Source: a virus
Taxonomy: Duplodnaviria > Caudoviricetes
Length of the DNA stretch: 44,489 bases
Strand: one strand, 5' to 3'
IMG/VR virus record: IMGVR_UViG_3300028326_000008
Span: 1-44,489 of that record
In this document: positions 18,053-27,307 of the stretch, piece by piece
Layout of the letters: each line of letters starts with the position of its first letter
How positions within the stretch are numbered: position 1 is the first letter of the stretch
Notes under the pieces: generated by a model
Seen by the model: the letters and a program-made list of their open reading frames with translations, nothing else
Told to the model about the DNA's origin: nothing
Database searches by the model: none
Translations under genes and position numbers: made by a program

Positions 18053-19448
18053 AACCATAACTGAGGCGGACCTGCAAGACCTTTGCCATTCCATTGAGGA
18101 GGATCCGCTTTACTTTGAAACAAGGCCAGTAATTTGCTCTGATAGAACAGGCCACCCGGTTATCATTGCCGGGGAGAAGCGCTGGATGGCAGCCAAGAAA
18201 CTTTTGCTCCCTCAAATACCTGTCGCGATAATTCCGAACCTAGTGGAGGAGGAGGAGCGCAGGATTCTACTTAAAGACAATGGTTCATTTGGGGAATGGG
18301 ACTGGGACTTGTTTCGGGAATATGGTTACTCCGACCTTCCTGTTGGGGAGTGGGGCGTTGATATTCCTTTGGCATTTGGGCCAGAGGAGGAAGGTTTTGG
18401 AAATCTAGATGATTCAGCAATCAAAAGGTCTTTGCATGAAAGATTTGTAATTCCCCCATTTTCCATACTCGACACAAGGCAGGGATACTGGCAAGAGCGA
18501 AAACGCAGTTGGCTATCCCTTGGAATTAAGAGTGAGGAAAGCCGGGAGGACATGAAAGCAATGGGCTCATTTGCCGGGTCCGTTCCACAATACTACACCC
18601 TAAAGGAGAAAGCTGAGCAGAAGGTAAAGCGTAAGCTAACCAATAAGGAGTTTGAGGAATCCTTTTTGCTTGACATGCTTCCGAAGAATAGCCAGCTAGC
18701 CTTTACTTCTACCGGAGGAATGTTGTCTATTTTTGACCCAGTGCTATGCGAGATTGCCTACCGCTGGTTTTGCCCAGATGGCGGATTGGTGCTAGACCCA
18801 TTTGCCGGAGGTTCTGTGAGGGGAATTGTGGCTGGGATGTTAGGCTGTGGATATGCGGGGATAGAATTAAGGGAAGAACAGGTGCAGTCAAATAGAATAC
18901 AGGCAGAGAGAATTATTCCTGAGGCTAAAGTTGCCTGGCATACTGGAAATTCACTTCAGCTTGATACAATATTTACCGAAAAGGCCGATATGATCTTCAG
19001 CTGCCCACCCTATTTCGACCTTGAGGTTTACTCCGATAACCAAGATGATCTTTCCAACATGAGTTGGGATGACTTTAAGTTACAGTATGCTGAGATTATT
19101 CGAAAATCAGTTGCTGCCCTAAAGGATGATTCTTTTGCCTGTTTTGTAGTCGGAGATATAAGAGATGAGAAAGGGTTATACCGGAATTTTGTAGGATTAA
19201 CTACTGAATGCTTTGAAAATGCAGGTGCAAGCCTTTACAACGAAATCATCATGGTAAATGTAGCCGGAAGTTTACCTATTCGTGTTGCTAAGCAGTTCAA
19301 TACGTCTCGCAAGGTGGGTAAGTGTCACCAAAATGTGTTGGTTTACTACAAGGGAAATCCAAAAACCATTAGGGATAAATTCAAAGAGTTAGACTTCTCA
19401 GAGGAAGTTATTAATAGTGTGGAAGCTGAGAATGAACTAGCTATTTAG
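17982..19448 (+). CDS. ParB/Srx-domain DNA methyltransferase fusion
   Basis: N-terminal YPQNPR...IIAGEKRW...DN; LDPFAGGS (motif I) and SCPPYF (motif IV). Confidence 0.88.
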   Translation: MTTVSIKTAYLGVDKLTPYPQNPRTITEADLQDLCHSIEEDPLYFETRPVICSDRTGHPVIIAGEKRWMAAKKLLLPQIPVAIIPNLVEEEERRILLKDNGSFGEWDWDLFREYGYSDLPVGEWGVDIPLAFGPEEEGFGNLDDSAIKRSLHERFVIPPFSILDTRQGYWQERKRSWLSLGIKSEESREDMKAMGSFAGSVPQYYTLKEKAEQKVKRKLTNKEFEESFLLDMLPKNSQLAFTSTGGMLSIFDPVLCEIAYRWFCPDGGLVLDPFAGGSVRGIVAGMLGCGYAGIELREEQVQSNRIQAERIIPEAKVAWHTGNSLQLDTIFTEKADMIFSCPPYFDLEVYSDNQDDLSNMSWDDFKLQYAEIIRKSVAALKDDSFACFVVGDIRDEKGLYRNFVGLTTECFENAGASLYNEIIMVNVAGSLPIRVAKQFNTSRKVGKCHQNVLVYYKGNPKTIRDKFKELDFSEEVINSVEAENELAI

Positions 19449-19469
19449 TTTGACAATAATACTTGACAA

Positions 19470-19976
19470 ATGGCACGTAGGACGAATAGAGGGGAAAGGG
19501 AGCGGGATTTAAACCTCATTACAGAGCTATACACCAAGGGAAGATCATACCGGGAGATAGCCTTTGAGGTTAATGAGCTTCATGGGAGGAAGATAACCTA
19601 CCAGACCGTTTCCAACGAAATTAAGAAGCTGCTGAAGGAGTGGGAGGAAAGCCGCAACGAAATCATCGACCACCAGAAATATGTTGAGCTGGCGAAGATT
19701 GACCGGCTGGAAAGAACCTACTGGGAGGGCTATGAGAAATCGTGCCTGCCTGTCAAGAAGACTTCTACAAGGAAAAAGGGAGTTCCTGACAAGGTTAACA
19801 ACGTGGAGAAGATCGATAATGAGGAAACCAGAGTTGGGGATCCTCGCTTTCTTGACGGCATTAAGTGGTGCATCGAGCAGCGGTGCAAAATATTTGGCAT
19901 CAATGCTCCGCAGAAGTTTGATGTGGAGACAAACCTCTTCCAAGAATTGATGAAATCATCCACAAGTGCGGATTAA
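19470..19976 (+). CDS. terS: Terminase small subunit
   Basis: N-terminal HTH, GDPRFL; overlaps terL. Confidence 0.7.
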   Translation: MARRTNRGERERDLNLITELYTKGRSYREIAFEVNELHGRKITYQTVSNEIKKLLKEWEESRNEIIDHQKYVELAKIDRLERTYWEGYEKSCLPVKKTSTRKKGVPDKVNNVEKIDNEETRVGDPRFLDGIKWCIEQRCKIFGINAPQKFDVETNLFQELMKSSTSAD

Positions 19977-21468
19977 TGAGCAATACATAAACCTATTCAA
20001 ATCGTGGCAAGCAGACTGGAACAAGTTTGCCCGCGAGGTATTGCGCGTTAATCTGGACCAGGAGCAAAAGGATATCGTTGCAGCTGTCCAGAATAATCCG
20101 AGGGTTTCCGTTTGCTCAGGAACTGCGAGAGGAAAGGATTTTGTCGCGGCGGTGGTCGCTATTTGCTTTTTATACCTTACGCCCAAGTGGAACAAGTATG
20201 GGGAGCTCATAGAAAACACGAAGGTTGCACTTACGGCGCCAACCGATAGGCAGGTTAAAAACATCATGTTTCCCGAGGTTTCCCGCCTCTATAACCGAGC
20301 AAAGGTGTTGCCGGGTCGGTTGGTTGGCTACGACATCAGGACCGACAACGAGGAGTGGTTTTTGACTGGCTTTAAGGCGAGCAAGGATAACCACGAGGCT
20401 TGGTCTGGTTTTCATGCGGCCAACACCATGTTCATTATTACGGAGGCTTCTGGTATTGAGGAGACAATCTTCAACGCTATCGAGGGAAACTTGCAGGGCA
20501 ATTCACGCATTTTGCTCGTGTTCAACCCTAACTCTCCAACCGGCTACGCTGCCAAGTCGCAAACATCCCCCCGATGGAAGAAGTTCAGATTGGATAGCCT
20601 AACGTCCACCAACGTAAAGGAAAAGAGAATTGTAATCCCAGGACAGGTCGATTACGATTGGGTAAAGGATAAGGTCGAGGCGTGGTGTATGCCCATTCCT
20701 AAAAGTGCTTTCAGTAAAACCGAGGGCGATTTTGAGTTTGAGAAAGTTTTTTACCGGCCAAGCGACCTATTCCGGGTAAAGGTTCGGGGCATGTTCCCGC
20801 GCGTTTCCTCCGATACTCTTATTCCTTTTGACTGGATTGTGGCCGCCCAGGAGCGGTGGAAGGACTACAGGAAGAAGGATATTGCCCGAAGGGTTGGGGT
20901 TGATGTGGCCGGGATGGGGCGTGACAATACCATATTTTGCCATAAGTTGGATAACTATGTGGAGAAGTTTGACATTGTTGGAGCCGCTGGTGAGGCGGAC
21001 CACATGCGCACCGCGGGGGAGGTGGCTACTATCCTTCGGTCACCATCAAACAAGGCTTTTATTGATACCATTGGTGAGGGAGCAGGGGTATTTTCACGAC
21101 TTCAGGAGCTAGGCTATAAAAATGCCTTTTCCTGCAAGTTCTCAGAGGGAGCAGCTGATCTTACTGATATAACAGGAATTTACAGGTTTGCCAACATGCG
21201 GGCTTACCTGTTCTGGGCTGTTCGGGACTGGCTTAACCCGGTGAACAACATGCAACCGTGCCTACCACCCTGCGATGAATTTGTTGAAGAGGCCACCCAG
21301 ATCAAGTGGAAGTTTCAGAGCAATGGTTCCATTATCATTGAGCCAAAGGAGGACATCAAGAAGCGCATTGGCAGGTCAATTGACTACTTTGATGCGCTGG
21401 CAAATACCTTTTATCCGCATGATAGCAATAGTGAGGATGGGCAGGATTTGAATGGATTGTTTTTCTAA
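19966..21468 (+). CDS. terL: Terminase large subunit
   Basis: GTARGKD, TAPTDRQV, GFH, FNPN, GVDVAGMGRD, IDTIGEG, SIDYFDALA. Confidence 0.93.
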   Translation: MRINEQYINLFKSWQADWNKFAREVLRVNLDQEQKDIVAAVQNNPRVSVCSGTARGKDFVAAVVAICFLYLTPKWNKYGELIENTKVALTAPTDRQVKNIMFPEVSRLYNRAKVLPGRLVGYDIRTDNEEWFLTGFKASKDNHEAWSGFHAANTMFIITEASGIEETIFNAIEGNLQGNSRILLVFNPNSPTGYAAKSQTSPRWKKFRLDSLTSTNVKEKRIVIPGQVDYDWVKDKVEAWCMPIPKSAFSKTEGDFEFEKVFYRPSDLFRVKVRGMFPRVSSDTLIPFDWIVAAQERWKDYRKKDIARRVGVDVAGMGRDNTIFCHKLDNYVEKFDIVGAAGEADHMRTAGEVATILRSPSNKAFIDTIGEGAGVFSRLQELGYKNAFSCKFSEGAADLTDITGIYRFANMRAYLFWAVRDWLNPVNNMQPCLPPCDEFVEEATQIKWKFQSNGSIIIEPKEDIKKRIGRSIDYFDALANTFYPHDSNSEDGQDLNGLFF

Positions 21469-21509
21469 ATTGATGAGGATAATTAGTAAGGTTACTGGAA
21501 CTGTTTAAT

Positions 21510-22262
21510 CTAGGAGGTCTTTATTTTTCGCATCAACACTTTACATCTCGAAAGGTAGTTATCAATTATTGGACTTGTGGGCGACTTAAATTCATCAATT
21601 CTGCGATAAGTTTCCTCCCACCAATCAGGTTGAACTACATAATCGGAAGTTACCATCCTTTCCAATTGCATGTGAGCTGCCTTCATCCTAGACTCAATTT
21701 CTTTAATATGGCCTAATGCATTTTCAGTCAAATTATTTTTCATATCTAAATCATAAATCCTTCTATTAGAAATTATTGAAGAAAATGCAAAATTGAATGC
21801 AGATTGAAAATCTTGTTTCTCACTAAAAGATGTAAATAAAACCCAATTTAATCTATCTTGTGTTTGATATAGCTCCATTGAATTCTTATCAATAATATTC
21901 TCCATAATATTTATCTTTTCTTCTAGATCTTTTTTAAAGCCCTGTTTTAATTCTAATATTTCGAACTTTTGTTTTCTAAATAAGTTCCAAATCCAACCCC
22001 AACTTATTAATCCAGCAATAGTCAGAAGACCTGCTATTATTAAAGAAAAACGGGTGGATTGGTCATTAAGGGCTTCTGAAAAAAATGCCTCTTTGGCCTT
22101 ATAAATAGTAAGTTCTCGCTGCATGGAATCTGCATAAACCTTGTGATATTGTTCGATTGCTACCAATTTGCTATTAACTAATGAATCTTTATTTGTTTTT
22201 GGAGTTGCCTCAATTAATGTTGTATTTAGAACAAAAAACAGGCAAAGAAATAGTGGTTTCAT
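21510..22262 (-). CDS. Moron: exported/membrane protein
   Basis: AT-rich and antisense; signal peptide MKPLFLCLFF; TM FSLIIAGLLTIAGLISWGWIW; TAACTTTG promoter element at 22288-22281. Confidence 0.75.
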   Translation of the reverse strand: MKPLFLCLFFVLNTTLIEATPKTNKDSLVNSKLVAIEQYHKVYADSMQRELTIYKAKEAFFSEALNDQSTRFSLIIAGLLTIAGLISWGWIWNLFRKQKFEILELKQGFKKDLEEKINIMENIIDKNSMELYQTQDRLNWVLFTSFSEKQDFQSAFNFAFSSIISNRRIYDLDMKNNLTENALGHIKEIESRMKAAHMQLERMVTSDYVVQPDWWEETYRRIDEFKSPTSPIIDNYLSRCKVLMRKIKTS

Positions 22263-22283
22263 AAGTAATGTTGTTTTTATCAA

Positions 22284-22359
22284 AGTTATCACATTTTCCC
22301 AAAGGTGCGAACTCCATCCTTCAAATTAATGCCAAGCCTTTATAGCCTCAATACCTTGC
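22284..22359 (+). promoter_or_regulatory. Putative late promoter of the portal gene
   Basis: Dyad, CCTTCAAATT, 24 nt, TACCTTGC; shared with 26018-26093. Confidence 0.55.
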
Positions 22360-22374
22360 CACAAAAATGGCACG

Positions 22375-23835
22375 ATGATAAAGGACACGCTATCACTTAA
22401 CCCTTCCGACATTTACAAAGCGCTTGCTGTAAAAGATGAGCAGAAGGTTTCGCAGGAGAATATCACCAAGCAGCTCGACCCATCTCAGCATGCGGTTTTT
22501 GATACAACCACCAGACCTAAGAAAGATGTTAAGAAGCCAAACGGTCGAAAGGATGAGAAAGGAGAACCCCTTTACGATACCGTTCAGGAGGAGGTCAACC
22601 GAATTCCTCTCGGTTTCCAGCAAATAATAGTAAATAGAGCGGTAGGGTTCCTTTTGGGTATTCCAGTGAAGCTTCGTTCGTATGCCGTTGATGACCCTGA
22701 GAAGAAGCTGGCAGCCATGATTCAGAAGACATGGGACGATAACAAGCTGGACTTCTTCAACCGAAAGCTGGCCAGAAGGGTATTCGCGGAGTGTGAGGCC
22801 GCTGAGCTATGGTATCTCGTTGATGATAGCTCCTTTTGGGCCTCCCTTTGGGCTAAGCTGAAATCGGCTGTTGGTGCAGCAACCAGTTCCAAATTTAGGC
22901 TCAGGGTAAGGTTGATTTCACCATTACTTGGAGACAAGCTTTATCCCCACTACGATGAGTACGGGGACATGGACGCCTTTAGCCGGGAGTACATCGTAAC
23001 GGAGAATGGTAAAAAGGTTTCCCGGTTCGATATTTATACCGCCGATGTGGTGGTGAACATGGTTAAGGGTGATGGTGGATGGACGGAGGAAAAACGTGCC
23101 GCCAACCCCTTCAAGAAAATACCGGTTATTTACTACAGCCAGGAGGTGCCGGAATGGTATCTCGTGCAGGGGCTCATTGAGCGCTACGAAACCCAAATGA
23201 GCAACCTAGCAGATACCAACGATTACTTTGGCTCACCAATGGTCAAGGTAAAGGGCAAGGTGCTTGGCTTTGCCTCCAAGGGGGAGCAGGGAAAGGTATT
23301 GCAGATGGAAAAGGATGCCGACGCCTCCTATCTCTCCTACGACAATGCACCCGAGTCCATCAAGCTAGAGCTGGAAACGCTCGAAAAGCACATCTATGGA
23401 CTCACCCAAACACCCAACATTTCTTTTGAGAACATGAAGAGCATGGGCGATGTGTCGGGAATTGCCCTTAAGCTGAAGTTCATGGATGCCCACCTGAAGG
23501 TGGAGAACAAGCTTGAGCTGTTCGGGGAGATGTTTCAGCGAAGGTTGAACCTGCTTAAAAACGTTCTTGGAATGGTAGTGGATACTTCCCTTTCCCAGCA
23601 GGTTTTAACGCTCGAAATGGAGCCGATATTTACACCTTACCTACCAAAGAACGTCAAGGAAGAGGTGGATATCCTCGCCACCGCCACAGGTAAACCAATC
23701 ATGTCAGTTAAGACCGCCATTGAGAACAACCCGCTGGTTGGGGATGCTGACGAGGAAATTAGCCGAATGGATGAGGAGGCGAAGGCTGAGCTTACGGCCA
23801 GCCGAAATGCACTGAGTGGGACACTTAACATGTAA
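22375..23835 (+). CDS. Portal protein (SPP1 gp6-like)
   Basis: IVNRAVGFLLG.PV, NPFKKIPVIYY, SGIALK; follows terL. Confidence 0.92.
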   Translation: MIKDTLSLNPSDIYKALAVKDEQKVSQENITKQLDPSQHAVFDTTTRPKKDVKKPNGRKDEKGEPLYDTVQEEVNRIPLGFQQIIVNRAVGFLLGIPVKLRSYAVDDPEKKLAAMIQKTWDDNKLDFFNRKLARRVFAECEAAELWYLVDDSSFWASLWAKLKSAVGAATSSKFRLRVRLISPLLGDKLYPHYDEYGDMDAFSREYIVTENGKKVSRFDIYTADVVVNMVKGDGGWTEEKRAANPFKKIPVIYYSQEVPEWYLVQGLIERYETQMSNLADTNDYFGSPMVKVKGKVLGFASKGEQGKVLQMEKDADASYLSYDNAPESIKLELETLEKHIYGLTQTPNISFENMKSMGDVSGIALKLKFMDAHLKVENKLELFGEMFQRRLNLLKNVLGMVVDTSLSQQVLTLEMEPIFTPYLPKNVKEEVDILATATGKPIMSVKTAIENNPLVGDADEEISRMDEEAKAELTASRNALSGTLNM

Positions 23836-23860
23836 TCATTGCAAAGAAAAGAGTGGTGTT

Positions 23861-24130
23861 ATGGAAAGACGAATTTTTAAAACTTATCCTAGCCATGCTT
23901 TGGACAAGATAAAAGAATTAATGGATGAAGGTTGGACTATTGTTGCTAGTGCAAATACTTCAACTCCTCCAACTGAACCTGATGCACATGGTGTATCGTA
24001 TGGTGGTCAATCTTTTGAAATTTTGGCTGAACGAAAAGAGGTGGATCCTGTGCTTAAGGAAATATACCCTTTAGGAATGCCAAAACCAATGACGCCGTCA
24101 GAATGGAATAATATTAATAAAAAACGATGA
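23861..24130 (+). CDS. Hypothetical protein
   Basis: ORF 23816..24130; ATG at 23861. Confidence 0.55.
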   Translation: MERRIFKTYPSHALDKIKELMDEGWTIVASANTSTPPTEPDAHGVSYGGQSFEILAERKEVDPVLKEIYPLGMPKPMTPSEWNNINKKR

Positions 24131-24143
24131 ACCCAAGTGAGCT

Positions 24144-24689
24144 ATGACGTGTATAGTTGGAATTATAGACAAGGAATCAAAACGAGTTATTATTGGAGGA
24201 GATTCGGCAGAGTCTACTAACTCAAGTATTTCGATACGAAAAGACTCAAAGGTATTTGAGAATGGAGAATTTGTTATTGGATGCACCTCCTCTTTTCGAA
24301 TGATCCAATTGCTTAGATTTTCATTCAAACCTCCCAAAATCATCTCAAAGGATATTTATGAATACATGTGCACTGACTTTATAAGTGAGGTAAGAGCATG
24401 TTTTCGAGATGGTGGTTTTCTACGAAAAGATTCTGAGGGTTCAGAAGCAGGAGGCACTTTTTTAGTTGCCTATAAAAATAGGCTCTTCAAGGTAGAGGAT
24501 GATTTTCAAGTGGCTGAGAATTTGAATGGGATAGATGCTGTTGGCTGCGGTGCTGATGTTGCTCTAGGGGCTTTATATTCTCTATCTCAGCAAAATATTC
24601 AGACAGAAGATATAGCCTTAAAGGCATTGGAAACTGCTGAATTTTTGGCAATAGGAGTGTGCCGTCCGTTTGTTTTAATAGGCACGTAA
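24144..24689 (+). CDS. Ntn-hydrolase, HslV/proteasome-beta-like peptidase
   Basis: MTCIVG (Thr nucleophile), GGDS, KVF, AVGCGADVALGAL. Confidence 0.75.
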   Translation: MTCIVGIIDKESKRVIIGGDSAESTNSSISIRKDSKVFENGEFVIGCTSSFRMIQLLRFSFKPPKIISKDIYEYMCTDFISEVRACFRDGGFLRKDSEGSEAGGTFLVAYKNRLFKVEDDFQVAENLNGIDAVGCGADVALGALYSLSQQNIQTEDIALKALETAEFLAIGVCRPFVLIGT

Positions 24690-24712
24690 CGGTTACAAGA
24701 ACATAATTACCG

Positions 24713-25756
24713 ATGATTTCCAGCTACGATAAGCAGTTACTGCAAAAAGTGTTTGCCCAAGACGCCGCCATTGGTAGCGTCTTTAACATCTTTGTTCGGT
24801 CGATTGCTGGCAAGCTAACAAGGTTAAAAGATGGTGGCTGGGATAAGAACCCACAGCTTGAAAAGGAGATTGACAAAGAATTAGCCAAGCTGCAAAGCAA
24901 CCTTGAAAGCACTGTTTACAACAGCCAGAAGTGGGCTTTTTCATTGTCGAGGACCAAGAACGACGAGCTGGTTAAGTCCTACATTAAGGGTATGGCCATC
25001 AGCGGCAAGCTGAAGGAAAAGCTCTTTGGGGTTAACGAAAAGGCACTTGAAGCCTTTGTGAATCGAAAAGTTGATGGGCTTGGACTTTCTGAGCGTGTGT
25101 GGAATACTACGAACCAAGTCAAGGAGCAGCTGGGATACTACCTAGAGAGCGGAATTGCAACCGGTCGAAGTGCCAATTTAATTGCCCAGGACGTTCGACA
25201 AATACTCAAAAATCCCGATGCACTTTACCGAAGAGTTCGGGATAAGGACGGTAAGCTGGTCCCAAGCCGACCCATGAAGGATTTTGTCACTAAACCTGGT
25301 GTTTACAAATCTGCCCACCAGAATGCCGTTCGGTTGGCTGCTACTGAAACCAACATGGCCTACCGAACTGCAGACCATACAAGGTGGCAGACTCTAGACT
25401 TTGTGGTAGGGTATGAAGTGAGGCTATCTGGTAGCCACCCTGCAGTGGATATATGCGACTACATGGCCGGTCGATACCCAAAGGATTTTGTATTTCGTGG
25501 CTGGCACCCGCGATGCTTTTGCCATGCTGTCCCGATACTGATGTCGGAGGAAGATTACCTAACCTACATGGATGCAGATGAGGAAACTGCAACGACCATG
25601 CTTGAGCAGAATTCAATACAATCTATTCCTGCAAGTGCTGAAAGCTACATTTCAGAAAATAAAAAGGCCATAGAGCGCTTAAAGTCTGCTCCATACTGGG
25701 TTGAAGATAACTTCAATGATGGTAAAATAGCAAGTGGTTTAAAGTTACAGCAATGA
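24713..25756 (+). CDS. Minor head protein (SPP1 gp7/MuF-like)
   Basis: LSERVW, RLAATETNMAY, CDYMAG, WHPRCFC. Confidence 0.88.
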   Translation: MISSYDKQLLQKVFAQDAAIGSVFNIFVRSIAGKLTRLKDGGWDKNPQLEKEIDKELAKLQSNLESTVYNSQKWAFSLSRTKNDELVKSYIKGMAISGKLKEKLFGVNEKALEAFVNRKVDGLGLSERVWNTTNQVKEQLGYYLESGIATGRSANLIAQDVRQILKNPDALYRRVRDKDGKLVPSRPMKDFVTKPGVYKSAHQNAVRLAATETNMAYRTADHTRWQTLDFVVGYEVRLSGSHPAVDICDYMAGRYPKDFVFRGWHPRCFCHAVPILMSEEDYLTYMDADEETATTMLEQNSIQSIPASAESYISENKKAIERLKSAPYWVEDNFNDGKIASGLKLQQ

Positions 25757-25759
25757 AGT

Positions 25760-25921
25760 TTATTGGGTCGGTGGCTCTTTCTCATGGCTATGGGTAACCT
25801 TCATTACAAGGTCTCTTGCAGCCTGCTTCATTTCACGTCTTTCTTCTTCTGACATTTTTAGAAGTCTATTTTGGGGTTCTTTTTCTGTTTGATCGACCTT
25901 TTCCTCTATCTCTTTATTCAT
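25760..25921 (-). CDS. Small antisense hypothetical protein (53 aa; not in the ORF track)
   Basis: MNKEIEEKVDQTEKEPQNRLLKMSEEERREMKQAARDLVMKVTHSHEKEPPTQ. Confidence 0.5.
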   Translation of the reverse strand: MNKEIEEKVDQTEKEPQNRLLKMSEEERREMKQAARDLVMKVTHSHEKEPPTQ

Positions 25922-26017
25922 GGTAATAGTAAAAACTATTTAGTTATAATTTTCTAGTAATTGAGTTTGAGTACAACCCGCTTATACTGCCTATTGCTCA
26001 AATTTGTTTCATGATAA

Positions 26018-26093
26018 AGTTCGCACACTTGTATAAGTGTGATACTTCAGACCTTCAAATTCTTTCCCCCGAGTAGACTTCAGGGTAATTTTC
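26018..26093 (+). promoter_or_regulatory. Putative late promoter of the scaffold/capsid genes
   Basis: Dyad, CCTTCAAATT, 24 nt, TAATTTTC. Confidence 0.55.
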
Positions 26094-26124
26094 CTCCATG
26101 AAAGTTTAACCAAACTAAACCCTC

Positions 26125-26760
26125 ATGAAGGAAAAAATTTTACAGGCTTTAAAAACCAAATATACTGGGGTTCAAAGTCTAGTGCTAGACAGGGTTGCAG
26201 AGGAACTCGCAAAGACTGTCACCGAGGAAGCCAACATTGAAACCGCAATTGGCGGGGTCGGAGGCTTAATCAACACCTTTAATTCCATCCTCCAATCGGA
26301 GGGCGACCGCAGGGCAACCGATGCCGCAAAGACTGCACTTGGGAACTACGAAAGACAGCATAACCTTAAGGAAGGTAAGCCAATCGAAGGGCCTAAGCCA
26401 GCAGATCCTAATGACATCGCTTCTATCGTGGCGAACGCTGTGAAAGCAGCCGTTGAGCCACTGCAAAACGAGCTGAACCAGTTCAAGCAAAAGGGCTCAA
26501 GTGAGGCACTTTCTGCTAAGCTGAAGGCTAAGATGGCAGAGAAGAAAATCCCTGAAGCATTCCTGAAAGGTCGAACTGTCGAGAGCGAGGATAAGCTAGA
26601 CGGCGTGTTGGCTGAAATTGAAGCCGACTTCACCGCTGTTAAGCAAGACCTCATCAACGAGGGGGTAGTAGTTGAGCCGCCCAAGGGCAGCGTAGGCAAC
26701 CCATCCAGCGTGGATGCCGATATCGAAGCCTGGGCAGGAAAGGACAAGAAGTCTAACTAA
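26125..26760 (+). CDS. Capsid scaffolding protein
   Basis: Helical, charged protein upstream of the head genes. Confidence 0.7.
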   Translation: MKEKILQALKTKYTGVQSLVLDRVAEELAKTVTEEANIETAIGGVGGLINTFNSILQSEGDRRATDAAKTALGNYERQHNLKEGKPIEGPKPADPNDIASIVANAVKAAVEPLQNELNQFKQKGSSEALSAKLKAKMAEKKIPEAFLKGRTVESEDKLDGVLAEIEADFTAVKQDLINEGVVVEPPKGSVGNPSSVDADIEAWAGKDKKSN

Positions 26761-26774
26761 TAACTAAGCAAAAA

Positions 26775-27305
26775 ATGGCTTTAGGATTCAGAAAAGTTGA
26801 AACTACGGAGATCATCCCTGTTTTTTCGCGGATTAACGAAACCGTCACTGGCGGATTCGCGCTCGACAAGGCAGGCTTGACCGACGGTCAGACCCTCAAG
26901 GCGGGAACGCTGATGGTCTACGATGAGGCGACCCGTAAAGCAAAGGTGGTGAAAACTACCAGAGCTTACGAGAACGCCAACGCATCCACCTCTGTAAAGG
27001 TGGAAAAAGGGCATCTGCTGGTAGTTGGGGAAAGCATTGACGGCGTGGCCATCGATGCAATCAACACGAGCAATGCAGATTACGACACCCTCACCATGCA
27101 CTCGGCAGTTACCGTTGTTGCCGGTGATGTACTAGCCTCTCAAAGCGTAACCGATTTGACTACCGGTCTTCTCCATGAGGAAACCGTTGTAGCCGACAAC
27201 GAATCGGTAACTATTGTAATTAGCGGCACTGCCTACGCACGTAGGATTCCTCCTGTAACCAAGGAGCAGCTGCCTGGAACCATTAACCTGTCTAACTCCA
27301 AGTAA
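26775..27305 (+). CDS. Head decoration/fiber protein
   Basis: GGF.LD, LKAGT; position just before the major capsid gene. Confidence 0.7.
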   Translation: MALGFRKVETTEIIPVFSRINETVTGGFALDKAGLTDGQTLKAGTLMVYDEATRKAKVVKTTRAYENANASTSVKVEKGHLLVVGESIDGVAIDAINTSNADYDTLTMHSAVTVVAGDVLASQSVTDLTTGLLHEETVVADNESVTIVISGTAYARRIPPVTKEQLPGTINLSNSK

Positions 27306-27307
27306 TT

